From assembly GCA_024679065.1 (NCBI GenBank), contig JAGIQG010000001.1:117924001-117988000 (forward strand): DNA of 64,000 nucleotides. Direction: 5' to 3'. Positions 25,336 through 39,038 of the stretch are shown here, piece after piece; the first letter of the stretch is position 1; every line of letters begins with the position of its first letter. This DNA comes from Sphyrna mokarran. Its lineage: Eukaryota. Both the position numbers and the translations under genes were made by a program. The notes under the pieces were generated by a model that worked only from the letters and a program-made list of their open reading frames with translations, made no database searches and was not told the origin of the DNA.

Positions 25336-25953
25336 GGTCATTCTCAGCTATAGCAGAGTACAGGCACTATAATGACCTCAGCATGTATTCTTTTGGGCTA
25401 GGGAATAATAATCTGGCAAGGCTTCCAAATCTTGGTCATTATTCAGTAACGACTTGGTAACAGCCAAGGACAGGATTGACATTGGTTGGGAGGGACTTGA
25501 ATAGCTTTCAAATAGCCATTTGAAGGATTACAACTGAATGATCACCATTTCACAGAGATATTGAAGGATGACTGATGCCTGTAGAATTATACCGTAGAGA
25601 AAGGCAATTAATTATTTTAGACGTAGAGGAGAGAATAAAGGGTGTTGTGTAAACTGGTGAGAAATGAGGACTGACTTTCTTGTAGTAGATGAAATGACAA
25701 GAGTTTCATTATATGCAGCGTGCTGCCACAAACCCCATAGGCAACTCAGTACATTATTTATTTCAAACTTACAATAAACCTCTTAATTAACTGTCAAAGA
25801 ACTGGCATTGGAAATCAATGGACAATTAACTGGAGATAATACTGTACAATTATTGGAAACAGTGTGGTTTCATTTTGGAATCATTTCCAGGCCTTGTTAG
25901 AATATTAGTGATGGTATAGCTAAGCAGCAATGAATTAGTAGTGTTAAAATTAC

Positions 25954-25986
25954 CTCTTCTTCCTGCTCCTGATCGGAGTCTGACTC
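25954..25986 (-). CDS. ANK2: ANK2 33-nt microexon ESDSDQEQEEE, phase 0-0
   Basis: Acceptor gaaaag| and donor GAG|gtaatt; matches recalled human ESESDQEQEEE. Confidence 0.93.
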
Positions 25987-26534
25987 CTTTTCATCCAAAG
26001 GTGTTAACAGAAAGAGAGAGGACAGGCAGAGCATGAAATAATTAGAAAGGGATGTGATAAAACAGAAATAAAAAGAGCATCAAGGAGTCATAGCTCATCA
26101 ACATTACACTTTATTCCACTGTGCAATACAAAAGCCAAATTAGCAGAAAAAAGATTGAATCCATCCAACATTGATGAGGTTGTTTACTATCAATATTTGG
26201 TGCAAGACAATATGCAAGGTTTTTAGTTTAAATGACTTGTTTAGTAATAGCATCGCATTTCTGAATAATGAAAAATTGAGTAAAAGATAAGGGCTGTGAT
26301 TCTCCCATCCTGCTGTCCTAACGTTTTAGCGCAGCAGGCCAGGAGATTCTTGCGTTGGTTGATTCGTAGGGTTTGCACAAGCGTTTGCGTCCTGCTTGTA
26401 TCTCCCAGTGACAAATTTCTGACAGCATCTAATCTGTGCCGGAAATCAACAGGGAGGCACAAAGACAATTTACAAAGTCATTTTAATATGATTCAAATGC
26501 AATTAGCGGTCCCAAGACTGAAGTCTCCCATCCT

Positions 26535-27180
26535 ACCAGAGTATTTTACTCCAATGGGGGTTACAGCAGCTCCCCACTTTTGGGGAGTTAGTGGTCGATC
26601 CCACTGGAGTGAAAGGGGGGAGCAAAGGAAATCAGCACCCCCCCACCCCCCCCCGAGGATTGGGCAGCCATTGGTACGCTGGCTATGCCCCCTGGCACCA
26701 CCCAAGGGGCAACATGTCAATGCTGAGGGAGCACCTCAGCACTGCCCAGACTTGGCATAACATATGAGGCAATTGGTGGGGGTGGGGTGTCCCACTGCCA
26801 CTCTGAATAGGGATGAGTGAGAGAAGCAGGAAGGCCAATGATCGGAGTGACAGCACCGCGAGAGGGGAGAGAAAATCAGAGAGGGGATGGGGTTGGAGAT
26901 CACGGCAGGCTGGAAGGGAGAAGGGGTCGGGGCTGGCCAGCAATCGGGAGACCATCAATGCAGGGACACTGTGCATGCACCGATCTCAGCACTGACAGAT
27001 GGGCACCTCTCTATTGGGAATAGGTCCTGCCACCTGAAATTTAATTGTATTCATACTGATGGCCTCTGCAGTGCACAGTTTGTGGGAGATTCTTCTCTGA
27101 ATTTCTATTGAAAAAAAAAGCTTGAATTACTCCAGTTTTTACACAAATTTGACACAAATTGTTTTCGGAAAATTCTGCCC
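26535..27180. mobile_element. GC-rich non-autonomous DNA-element remnant (related to about 15120-15450)
   Basis: GC-rich island with shared tgccc/ggca motifs, ending cggaaaattctgccc like the TIRs of other MITEs here. Confidence 0.4.
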
Positions 27181-28109
27181 AAGTTCTCGACGAGCCAGCA
27201 AAAAGCATTAACAATAGTCTGTGGTGAAATAAGCAATTTGAACCACTGATTATGGTTAAGTGGAGTTTCTGAATACCACAGAATTATTGGCAGTTTCTTT
27301 ACATGCATAAGTAGAACCTTTAAATATTTTGCACATGATCGAGACACATTTCTACTCTTAGATAGATACAATAGAGAAATGGTACAGCAACTGACAATAG
27401 ATGCTTAAATATTGCCACATCTAATATGTCACCACCTACATGCCGTCAAAAAGGCTATTTGTTCGATTTGTGTTCAACAAGTCACTCTACATCTATATTT
27501 CTAACAGGCAGTAAGTTTCCATTTGCTGGTTCATTTACTTGGTTAATTACCATCTGCATAGCCCAACAATTTTTTTTTTCCTTTTAGATTAAAACTCTGT
27601 TATTATCTTCACCACCAGTGGGAGGTTCAATTTCAAGTGTTAAAATGAAATGTCAAGTTATCAGCTTGTTCTTCCTGCTGTAAAGAATTCAGTGTCTGGG
27701 GAAGAGTGGGATCGGGACAGGAAGCTAATGATGAAATGAAATTGGACAATGAAGCACACAATAGGAAAAGTTCACGGGCCAGTGGTAATTGATGTGGGTG
27801 ACATAATGGGGTGGACCTTGCTGGAATCAGAATATCACCATTTCTTGTAAATACCTGTTGAGATCAGGGCAAACAAGTTTGCAGAAGGTGAGCAGAGTTT
27901 GGGTTAAGTGGGGTGACGGTGATAGTTGGGAGGTGGTGGGAGGAGATAGAATGGCAAGGCACAATTCCTATTCCAAACAGCTGCATACATTTAAAAAGCT
28001 GAACAAATTCTTGGAAGAGGGAGTGATAGGAGAAAAGATGAAGACTAAACTTCTCTGAAGTTGATGCAGAAGTATTTTCAAACCCACAACCATTACCATT
28101 CACAAGAAC

Positions 28110-28390
28110 AAGAGCAACAGATACCTGGCTAACAGCAGCAGATTCAGGTGGCACTGTTGCCAGGGAGGTTCCCCTCCAAGTCACTCGCCATCTGACTTGG
28201 AAACATATCACCGTTCCTTCACCACTGCTGGGTCAAAATCCTGAAACTCCTTTCCTAACAGCACTGTGACTGTACTTTCACCTGCAGTGGTTCAGGAAGA
28301 CAGTTCACCACTTTCTCAAGGGCAAGTAGGGATAGGCAATAATTGCTGGCCCAACCAGCAATGCCCGCATCCTGTAACTGAATTTAAAAA
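28110..28390 (+). mobile_element. LINE 3' fragment (family sharing the SacSINE1-type tail)
   Basis: ttcccctccaagtcactcgccatctgacttggaaacatatcaccgttccttc ... gggcaagtagggataggcaataattgctggccc. Confidence 0.65.
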
Positions 28391-29089
28391 TACTCATGGT
28401 CCAAAAGAAATAGAGAAAGTAGAATGTCACTGCATACAGTTGGTGAAGCTCCAGAGAGACGTCATATATGAACTAATGCAGGCCAGCTGGAAGGTAGTGG
28501 CTGTGTGTAGAATCTACAAAACACTAAAGGTTCTTGTAGTGATACAGCAAGTTACAGATCTCACCGGGTCAGGGCAGCCAACTGAGCAGCAAATTGTTAT
28601 TCCCGGACACTACAGTCCTCTTTGAGCCATCAACAGCAGCATGCAAGATGCAACATAAGCTGGCATCATATATGGCAATTAATTCAGATCCTAATACATA
28701 CTAGCTCATTGAAGACTCATTGCCAGTTTTTGCTTCCTTAAATCTACAAGCTGCACCACCTCTCCACAAATCATGACTGACCTTAACTATAGGGTATAAA
28801 CAGTGCAGCAACCAATTAAATCAGCAGTTCTTCTAAAGAACAGCATACAATGCCAGGAAAGATCAGGCTATTTAAGGAAGGAGTTCCAACATCCAGCATG
28901 TAGCATAACAGTAAGAGAAACAATGGCAACAATTATTTTTTAAGACTGGCCCAATCATTATTGATGAAAATAGAAGAATTACTGCACCTTAAGTGGGTTG
29001 TCAGAATGAAATCAATGTTTTTAAATATAATACATCCACAAAGTAGTTGATTAAGATAAAATCCTGCTTAATCAGACCAAGGTTATCAG

Positions 29090-29780
29090 TGTCATTTCAG
29101 AGGTTGACAGCCAGAGTGCAACAGAGTAGACTGCTGAAAAACTTTGTTGCAGTCTCCTCTATCTTGAATAAAAACTTGTGAATGTTCACCCATCCTATCA
29201 TGAACCCTCTCTGTTGCTTTCATCAGCCACAGACATCCACCTGAGAGCATATAGGTAAGGTAGATGAGGAGCTTGTATGTGGTGAGGATAGAGCACAACA
29301 AAGCCAGAGGTTGCAACTATGGAAAAAGAACCTGAGGTAGTTGAGTGTAAGCAGAAGACACATTAAGGTCTATCTGCAAAGCAAGCAGGTGATGCTCTTC
29401 AAATTCTTAATTAACAAAGATATTAGAATTTCACACAAAGTTGTCTGGTGTCTTCTAAGCTTTGTGGCAAAAACAGATGGTGGTAGTGCCCTCTGCCCTG
29501 CTGCGTGTCAGTACAAGTGGGTTTGAACTCTTTTCAGGACCTCCTATTGAGAAAATAGCAGCTGCAGAAGCATCTTCAAATCTTTCCTAGCTTTGACAGA
29601 GATTGAGGCAAGTTGTAAAATCAACTTCAAGGTTTTCAGTGAAAAACTACAGGTCTTGGGAGGAACTATCTTGTGAGGTCAATATACTCCAGACTTCATC
29701 CAGGACAATACTGTGCAGGAATTAAATTACATTTTGATTTTGTGAGGTCTGTTCCTGCCCTAATTGCCAGAACTTAAAGT
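29090..29780 (-). mobile_element. Heavily decayed LINE fragment, possibly RTE clade
   Basis: Faint antisense similarity to an RLRWLGHV-type C-terminal region; many disruptions. Confidence 0.3.
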
Positions 29781-29799
29781 GTGTGTGTGTGTGTGTGTG
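29779..29799. repeat. (GT)n microsatellite
   Basis: About 10 GT units. Confidence 0.85.
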
Positions 29800-30959
29800 A
29801 CACAGATATGGGGTTTCCCCTCACGGCAGCAGCACAGAGCAGCATTTCATTAGTTTTCTCCAGGAACCCTCAAGTTGCCCATCCAATGTCTAGCTCTGGA
29901 CTTAGATACCTTGGAGATCTCACAAAGCTCAATGTTTTGCAGTCGTTGTCTAAATTTCAGACTCCAGATCCTCATATGGCACATACAAACATTAAAGTAG
30001 AACAAAGAAAAACGTACATGGTCACAGAACCGATGAAATAAAAATAGGGATATGATGAGGGATAGGCCTGTGTGAGATTTTTATCGGAGAGTTGGTGCAA
30101 ACTCAATAGGCCGAATGGTCTTCTTTTGATACATAGCGATTCTATGCTTGCCACCATTGCAAGACAGTGCTAGTGCATGTTGCAAGACAACCCTGGACCT
30201 TTGCTTTGAACATACCTTTGAGTTTTGTTTAATTCATCTCTCTACCTCCACATGCACTTCATTAAAATGTTTAAATGGTTGCCCTATGAAGAGCAACAGG
30301 AGCAAAGGGAGAAGCAGGAATCCTTTGTCATTCAGCAGTAATTCTGGACATTGCCTCTGCGTTTGGATTAGAACTGAGGCACTGAACTGATGAACTACAA
30401 AAGCATTATGACAGTGCCAAACAATTGATGAAGTTATGTACAAGTAGCTGTCGTGTTCCACAGCTAACCATTTAGGGAGTGGAAATCTTGTGTGTTCATT
30501 TGGGAATTTACATTTGGATCAAGCAATGTCACGGCTGCAATTAATAATCCCACAAGGTTAGAGGATCTGGCAGTTGTGAACAGTTCGCTATCTTCATGAC
30601 TGTAACATAGCCGTCTGAGATAAAACATCTAGAGAATGATCTTAGAAAATGCAATTGAGTCATGCTTGGATGGCTACAGCTGGACAGTTCTGCATCTCCT
30701 CTGGTATCCCTTACAGCCTCTTGATGCTCCTTTTCTTGTGTATGTATGTTATGAAAAATTGGGTTCCTACTCTACTGCTTTCAGTTGGAAACTCAGCAAC
30801 TCTCTTGAAAAGGAATGCTTTCCAAGATTACTGTAGAATGAAAGGGAATGATTCCTGAACAGATAGTGTTTTTTTCCCCAAATTACGAAGTGAATCCCAA
30901 GACAGGGCTAAATATTTCCAAAAGCAAGCATAGATGAACAGAGTTCCTTTTAGCCAATA

Positions 30960-31230
30960 CAAGTTACTAAATCCAATAAAAGCATCAAGAAAAACCTTCT
31001 TACCCAATAAATAGCTAGAATATTGAACTTGTTACTGCATGGAGCAGTTCCGACAACAGCATAGCTGCTTTTTAAGAACAGCTTGATCAATACATGAAGA
31101 AGTGAGAAATAAAAGACATGATGACAGGGTTAGATGACATGAGGTGGGATGTGGTTCATGTGGAACATGAACACTGGCACAGCCCAGTTGGAATGAATGG
31201 CTTGTTTCCATATTGTATATTCCAACATAA
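30960..31230 (+). mobile_element. Old CR1 3' fragment
   Basis: aagaaaaaccttcttacccaa ... ggcacagcccagttggaatgaatggcttgtttc. Confidence 0.55.
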
Positions 31231-31926
31231 ATATATATTTCTGTAGGGATGAACAATTCCAGATGATTTGACTTTTTAAAATAACGTCCTAACTTGGTTG
31301 CAGGTGTTAGTTTTGCTAAGCCAAAAATACCAACAAATTTGTGCCAGGATATTTCTATAAAGGAAACTCAGTGTGCAACAACCTTGTCAAAACTTTCTGA
31401 TTCTGCAAATAAGTAATTGCAAGCTGACACTCTTCAGCCCTCCCCCAACTCAAGACTTTCAAGGCCAACTATTTGATAAGTAGAGAAAACAAGCAATTAT
31501 TTCTTTAGGGCAAAATACCTTAGACCTCTGTCTGATCAAAATTCAGGACATAATATAGTCCAATTTTAACAAGAAAAGGTTGAAATACGTCACAAAACAG
31601 GCATAATCTTTCGGGCCTCCCAGCTGACAGCTGCAAGACAAATTAAAAATGATGGGCAATGAGCCAATAAACTATCATCACAGACATTGTGGCCCTGGGA
31701 ATATTCCCCCTAGTCTAGATGGTAAGGGCATCCCAAGTGAAGCAGTGAGTCCATTTAAAATTCTAACTTATTAGGGCCAAGTGGAAAATAGTGGTTAAAA
31801 TGTACACAGAGCAGCAGCACCTGAAGATCAGATCACAATTGGTAATTGGATGGTAATATAAATATTAACCAATATTATTGATAAACATAACCACTGTATT
31901 TTTGTAAAATGTAGAACATTATTTAC

Positions 31927-32049
31927 CTTGCTGTAAAGGGGTAGTGTAATATTTAGGTTGCAGATTGCATGTTGTACAAGACCTCTTGTCGATTTTGGCT
32001 CTTTAATGAAGGATAATCGTCCACAAGGTTCCTGAGTTGTATCTCGTAC
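31927..32049 (-). CDS. ANK2: ANK2 exon, end of UPA ([41 protein letters not shown]), 123 nt
   Basis: aatag| and AAG|gtaaat; read manually, not in the ORF track. Confidence 0.96.
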
Positions 32050-33329
32050 CTATTGTGATGCAGTTCAGAAATTAAATTGGTTCATGCAATGAATGTTGAA
32101 ATGTATTGAAACGTGCCTAGCAAACTGGCGTTCATTTAGGTTGTTCCAACTGAAATGCATCAATGCATCGTTTACTCACAGTTTATCATAGAAAAAAAAT
32201 GACACACAGACGGCTTATTCCCTAACAAAACAAAACGATCAAACACATTTTTCATGAACAGTGTGTCACTTTAAAATAGCATTGTGCAATTTTAACCAGA
32301 ATATACGTTTAATACTCTTCAGAATTGATAATGATAAACGAGCACATTCTCACAACTTGGACAAAACAAAATTCAAAGTTTAAAATACTTTTTCAAAATC
32401 ATTAATTATATTTTAGTGCAAATAATTACATAAAACATAAATCATGCAGAGAAATGCTTTTATTGGTAAGATATGTCTTCCAAGATCATTTAGGTACTGG
32501 ATTCAGATTCCACTTTCGATCATCTGGGGTATGAAAGCTCCAAAGTCGGGGTATGTTAAAACCAAAGCACACAAATCAAATTAGCGGAAATGTTTATTCA
32601 TGCTTCATAAGAAATTATTAAGTAATCTTTTAAATCATTTGAATTTTATAGGATGCCCTATTGTGGGAAAACAGGTGGGGAAATTCCTAAATTAAGGGCC
32701 CATGCCATCAGCATTTTATAACTGGCTGGGAGAATTCTGGTGGAGTTGCCCACACAGGGCTCAATTAAATTAATGTGGGCAGTTCAAGAGGTGAGTGCCA
32801 CTTTCTGGGTCTCTGGTGCCAATTGGAGGCTGCACCCCATACTTTTGCTTCATTATGTCCACGTTCCCACACTGCCCTGTCCAACATGTCCTCCCCACCT
32901 GCCTTGTCGGAGGCTGCCAGCCTGGCCCAAGCAAGATTGCAGATCCACTTCTTGCTGTACTAGCAGTGGCACCACACCTGCTGGCATTGTAAATATGCAC
33001 AGCTGTTGGCCTTTGATTAATTGGCAGCTTGGATTAGTGTATTTGGTTTTGGCATTTGATAAAGTGTCACATCAGATGTTACAATACACAAAATAAGATT
33101 ACATATGTAGGGGATAACATATTGGCAAAAACGAAGGATCAATTAGCTAACAGAATCTGAGTAGGAAAAAAAAATGGGTCTTTTGTGGATTTGGGAAGCT
33201 GTGACAAATGGACTGCTCCAGGGATCTGTGCTGGGGTGTCAACAATTTACATTTGATATCAATGATTTGGATGAAGGGACTGAATATAGTTAAATTTGCC
33301 GTCGACACCAACATAGGTAGGAAAGTAAG

Positions 33330-33617
33330 TTAAAGTTTATTTATTAGTGACACAAGTAGGCTTACATTAATACCGCAATAAAATTACTGTGAAAAATTCC
33401 GTAGTCACCGCACTCTGGTGCCTGTTTGGGTACACTGAGGGAGAATTTAGCATGACCAAATTCTTAATGTCTTTCTGTGGGATGAAACCGAAGCACCCAG
33501 AGGAAACCCATAGGGAGAACGTGCAGACTCTGCACAAGCAGTAACCCATGCTGGGAATTGAACATGGGTCTTGAACAAAGTGAAGCAGTGGTGCTAACCA
33601 CTGTGCCACCATGCTGC
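33330..33617 (-). mobile_element. V-SINE-like SINE
   Basis: The minus strand starts gcagcatggtggcacagtggttagcac (tRNA-derived A-box) and contains the core gttctccctatgggtttcctctgggtgcttcggtttc. Confidence 0.8.
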
Positions 33618-34002
33618 TCTATTATTTGTTAAGGAGATAGAGAATCTGTAAAGGGTTACAGACATTTTAATTGAATGAGAAAAAAATGGCAAATGGAGTA
33701 AAATGTGGGGAAATGTAACTTCTCCAGTTTGGCAGGAAGAGGAGAAAAAGCAGTGTACTATTTAAAACAAGAGAGATTGCAGAACTCAGTGATCCAGAGA
33801 GATCTGGGTGTCCCAGTAGATATACTAGGAAAATTTTGCATGATAGTAAGCAAGTGATTAGGGACACAAAGGGAATTTGTCCTTTATTGAAAAGGGAATG
33901 GAATATAAAAGCAAGCAAGCTTTATTGCAGCTGTATAGGGCCTTGGTAAGACTATTTATGGAATAATGTGTACAATTTGGTCTCATAATTTGTAATTGAA
34001 AT

Positions 34003-34305
34003 GCAGCACGGTGGCACAGTGCTCCTCTCAGCACCAGGAGCCATGTTCAATTCCTGTCTCGGGTGACTGTGTAGAGTTTGCATGTTCTCCCTGTGTCTGC
34101 ATGGGTTTCCTCTGGGTGTTTTGGTTTTCTTTCACACTTCAAAGGTGTGCAGGTTAGGTTTTTTTAGCCATGGATAATTGCCCCTTAGTGTCAGGGCAAC
34201 GAGCAGGACAAATATGTGGGGTTATTTGGATAGGTACTGGGTGGGATTGTGGTCAGTGCAGACTTGATGGGCCGAATAGCTTCCTTCTAAGATATATTCT
34301 ATAGA
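34003..34305 (+). mobile_element. HE1-like V-SINE
   Basis: gcagcacggtggcacagtg head, gagtttgcatgttctccctgtgtctgcatgggtttcctc core, gatgggccgaatagc CR1-type tail. Confidence 0.82.
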
Positions 34306-34837
34306 TATAGATAGGGATTCTAAGATGTAGAGAAAAATTTTATGTGCCCTCGCTGGTGGGTTTATAATGTAAAATTCCTTAGCCGGCGATTGTGCCAGGT
34401 TTCTGCCCACACCAACTTCCCTGCAATTTCACATTGGACGGGTGAGGCCTACGCAGATCCACCCACCTTTGCCCGAGTTCAGGCCCTTATTAATTACTTA
34501 AGGACCATTTCCCACCCACTTTCAATTATCAGGTTTTCAGAAAAAGTTTCAGTACAGGAGGCAAGATAAAATAAATCAGTTTCAGGCTTAAGGGTCGGGT
34601 GGGATGAAGGAATGAATATCTTCCATTAGCAGCCTTCTTTTACCATTGGGCATTCCACCATAAGGTTTGGTCCTGCAGATCCTCCCACTCCCCTAACAAG
34701 CCTATCACCTGTCTGTCCCACTCCCATAAAAAGGCCTCACCTATCTTCACACTGAGACCTCTCAAAACTGACCTGGTCCAGGAATCTTGGAACTGAAGTT
34801 CCAGGTACTGTTTGCAGTTGCAGTCCTGTCCACTGCA

Positions 34838-36958
34838 TGGGAGGCAATGCACTAGACAATTAATCCAGAAACTCAGCCAAAGTTCCACTCAAATTCCGCT
34901 ATGGCAGATGGTGGAATAGGAATTCAATTTTTTTCAAAATCAGAAATTAAGAATCTACTATTCATCATGAAACCATTGTTGACTATGGAAAAAAAGTCCA
35001 TCTGGTTCGCTAATGTCAAGAAGGAGAAATGTTAAGAAGGGGAAAATACAGTACGAAAGTAAGCTTGCAGGGTACATAAAGACTGACACTAAGACTTTCT
35101 ATAGATACATGAAGAGAAAGAGGTTAGTGAAGATAAATGTAGATCCCCTACAGACAAAATATGGGAATGTATAATAGGGGACAAAGAAATGGCCAAGCAA
35201 CTGAATACATATTTTGGTTCTGTCTTCACAAAAGGGGACACATATCAAATGCCAGAAATATTGGAGATGCAAGGTTTAGTGAGAGGAAAGAACTAAGGGA
35301 AATCAATATTAGTAAGGAAATGGTGCTGGAAAAACTGATGGGATTGAAAGCAGATAAATCCTCAGAGCCTGATAATCTACTTAAGGAAGTGGCTCTAGAA
35401 ATAGCGAATGCATGGGTGGTCATCTTCCAGAATTCTACAGTACCCGCCGATTGGAGCATAGCTAGTCTCACTCCAATATTCAAAAGGGAGGTGGGGGGAA
35501 AAGAGGGAATTATAGATCCGTAAGATTAACATTGATAATGGGGAAAAAAATTAAATCCATTATCAAGGGTTTTAATAGGAAAGCATTTAGGAAGCAGTGG
35601 CAGGATCAGATAGAGTCAGCATGGATTTATGAAGGGGAAATCATGCTTGACAAATCTGTTGGAATTCTTTGAAAATGTAACTAGAGTTGATAAGGAGGAA
35701 CCAATAGATGCAGTATATCTGGACTTTCAGAAAGCATTTGACAACGTCCCACACAAGAGATTATGGTGCAAGATTAAAGTGCATGGGATTGGGGGAAATG
35801 TATTGAGATGGATAGAAAACTGGCTGGCAGAGAGAAAACAAAAAGTTGGAATTAATGGGTGCTTTTCAAATCGGCAGATAGTAACTAGTGTGGTACCACA
35901 GAGATCAGTGCTAGGGCCACAGCTATTCAAAATACACATTAATGATTTGGATGAGGGAACAAAATGTAACATCTCAAAGTTTGCAGATGAGTGATGAGGA
36001 TGCAAAGGTCCTTTAGAATGATCTGGACAGGTTGGGTGAATGGCCAAATCAATGTCATATGCAGTATAATTTGGATAAGCATGAGGCTATTCACTTTGGA
36101 AGCAAAGAAAGCAGATTACTATCTGAATGCCTACAAATCGGGATGAAGGAAGCATGCAGCGGGACCTGGCTGTCCTTGTATACCTGTCACTGAAGATAAA
36201 CATGCAGCAGGCCATAAAGGCAGCAAATGGCACGCTGGCCTTCATTGCGAGAGGTTGAGTACAGGAGCAGGGATGTGTAATACAATTACATAGAGCCTTG
36301 GTGAGGCCACACCATTTGGTTACCTTTTCTGAGGAAAGATGTTCTTGCTGTCGAGGAAGTGCAGCAAAGGTTTACCAGGCTGATTCTGGGCATGACAGGA
36401 CTAGATGGGGTAGATGCAGGGAAGATATTCCTGCCAGCAGGTGGGTGAGGAGAGGGGGGAATCCAGAACCAGAACCAGAGGTCACAGTGTGAGGATTCAG
36501 GATAGACCATTTAGGACGGAGGTGTGGAGACATTTCTTCACCCAAAGAATAGTGAGTCTGTGGAATTCATTACCACAGGAAGTAGTTGATACCAAAACAT
36601 TGAATGTATTCAAGAGGCGGATGGATACAGCAGTCAGGGTGAACGGGATCAAATGTTATGGGGAAAATCAAGATTAGGCTATTGAGATGGATGATCAGCG
36701 ATGATCACAATGAATGGTGGAGCAGGCTTGAAGAGCCAAACGGCCTCCTTCTATATTTCTTCTATATTCTTTAGAGAAGGAAATCTGGCTTCCTTACCTG
36801 GTCTGGCTACATGCAAATCCAGGCATACAGCAATGTGACTGACTCTCAACTGCCATCTGAAATGGTCTAGCAAACCATGCAGTTCAAGACAACTAGGGAT
36901 GGGCAAAAAATACTGGACCAGCCAGCAATGCCAATGTCTCATGAATGAATAAAAAAAA
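34838..36958 (+). mobile_element. Deu-core SINE (SacSINE1-like), split into 34838-35017 and 36769-36958 by a CR1 insertion
   Basis: The halves rejoin as catctggttcgctaatgtc|ctttagagaaggaaatctg...ccttacctggtctgg, the Deu core as recalled; tail atgaatgaataaaaaaaa. Confidence 0.75.
35018..36768 (+). mobile_element. CR1 LINE (second subfamily), 5'-truncated, decayed RT
   Basis: GKSCLTNLLEFFE, YLDFQKAFDNVPH, VLGPQLF, SKFAD, HFFTQRIVSLWNSLP and tail. Confidence 0.9.
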
Positions 36959-38234
36959 CTTCTGGCACTACAAATCTAGAGAGTTGCCAGCGAATCAGAT
37001 TCCCCAGTAGCTCTCTGAGGCGGGACTTCCTCTGAGTGAGGGGCAGCAGTCACACTTTTTACTAGGCTGAGCATCTTATCTCATGATGAATGGTTGGAAA
37101 CCTTTGCTCTATCCCTATTGGAATTTAGAAAAACGAGAGATGATCTTATTGAAACACGTGACCTCATGAGGGGATCTGACAAGTAGATACCTGAAGAATA
37201 TTTCCACTTGTGGGAGAGACTAGAGCCAGCAGAACAAGAGGTTTACTGTCTAAGGCAGAAAATTATTTTTCTCAGAGGGTCATTGGTGTATGAAATTCTC
37301 TTCCCAAGAATGCAATGGAAGCTGGGTCATTGAATTTACTAAAGGCAGAATTGTACAGATTGTTGTAGGGACTCAAAGATTATAGGGAAGTAGATGGCAA
37401 AGTGGAATTGAAAAACCAGATCAGCCATGATTTTATTGAATGACAGTGCAGGCTTGAACAGGTTAGTGGCCTATTCCTGCTCTGAAATCCAATGTTCCTA
37501 GTTATAATTAGGTAGGACATCTTCCTGAGATGGACGCAAACTTCATGCTAAATTCTTCTAAAAAATTAAAGTGAGCCAAGTGGAGGTAGACTCAATCCCA
37601 ATATATACCCTGGGTTGGTAAACTAGAATCAAAAATCCTTACGGGTTACAGAATTTTTAATTTGTAACATTCCACAAATTTGCAGACAATTTCAACAGAT
37701 TTCAAATGAAATGTCAGTCAGGTTAACCAAAATTGTCTTTACATTTCATCTGAGAGTAATAGGTGAATGTTATTATTTAAAAAGCCATATGGTTATATGT
37801 TAATTTACTACCCAATGAGTGGGAAAGTTTTACAGACTAAAAGATCAAGGTATGATTTCCAGTCTGTATAGGGTGAGTTAATTTAAAATGAGTATTTTGC
37901 CCTTGGGTTACAGAAAGGAAAAATCTACTTGGATAGATATCCAATGACCTCTGCTGCAAATGTTTTATGTGAGCAGAGAGAGAATTCTGTAGCTAATTAG
38001 GTTGCTGACGCTCACTCTCTGCACCCACACATATTAAATAGTAACTCTGGCAAGATCATGGTGGTAAGTGGTTTCCAATCATAATCCAACATTATTCAAA
38101 ACTTTTAAGACGTTTGAAGATTAGTTGATTCATGTGGGAGGAATGAAATGGATAAGCATGAAGTCTAAATACATTTCAAAACATTACAAGCTCTTTATTT
38201 GTAATGGTACAAATAATAATTTGATTTACTATAC

Positions 38235-38360
38235 CTTGACAAACAGTGCAAGTCTATTTTCTTTGAAGGCATAGAAACTGAATAGGTGATGCTGTCCACT
38301 CTTTGTGAGTGGCACAAGGTTGCCGAAACAATCAGCATAAATTGGCTTGCCCTCCAATAC
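38235..38360 (-). CDS. ANK2: ANK2 exon, UPA ([42 protein letters not shown]), 126 nt
   Basis: tatag| and AAG|gtatag; read manually. Confidence 0.96.
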
Positions 38361-39038
38361 CTATAAAAACACAGATTATTTTGATTAAAATATTCACATC
38401 TCCATTGGGAAAACGTTTCTAAGTCATTCACTTCTGACACTATGCTTTAATTGCTATATTAGGATGGAAGAGTGGCAGGGTAAATGAGATAGGGAAGGGC
38501 AGGGGGAGGAAGGTGGGTAAAGAAGTAAGTGCTGAATGCGTAACATTAGTTTAAAATTAACAAAAATTCTATGAATTTAGGAAACAAAGTATTTTTAGAT
38601 AGGGTCAGATGGAATCTTTATATATGTACTTTTAATGTTATTTTAAACTACATTTTTAACAATTGTTGTGATTCATGATAATCAGAATAAAGGCAACAAC
38701 ATTGTATTGAATCAGAGTAAGTGAATTAAACTTTTCAAAAAATGTTCAGTTTACACATGTGGATAATCATATATGTGCTGAAATGGGGAAATACAACACA
38801 TTTTATTTTGTGAAGCGGTGCTCGTAGACACATTTTCTTGTTACTGTGCTTTGATCTTCTGGGCACAGTCAATAGAGAAAATTACAATTTCACAAGTGTG
38901 GACATAGTTTTCTTTATTCACTGCATTCAGAATTTGGATTTTTGGAGGGAGAAAGGCACTGATCAGTTCTTGGTGCACTCCTACATTACTCCAGAGCATT
39001 GCCTATTCATTAAACCCGTTCATTACTTCTTTAAGTAC

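Larger units (their letters stand above)
33040..37500 (+). mobile_element. Old CR1 RT remnant split by nested insertions (pieces about 33040-33330, 33620-33990, 37085-37500)
   Basis: Colinear decayed motifs: AFDKVSH, QGSVLG, INDLDEG, LQLYRALVR, then LEFRKTRDDLIE and the tail. Confidence 0.7.

Noticed and set aside
33560-34060. tRNA-like A/B box sequences
   Set aside because: They are SINE heads followed by V-SINE cores, not tRNA genes.
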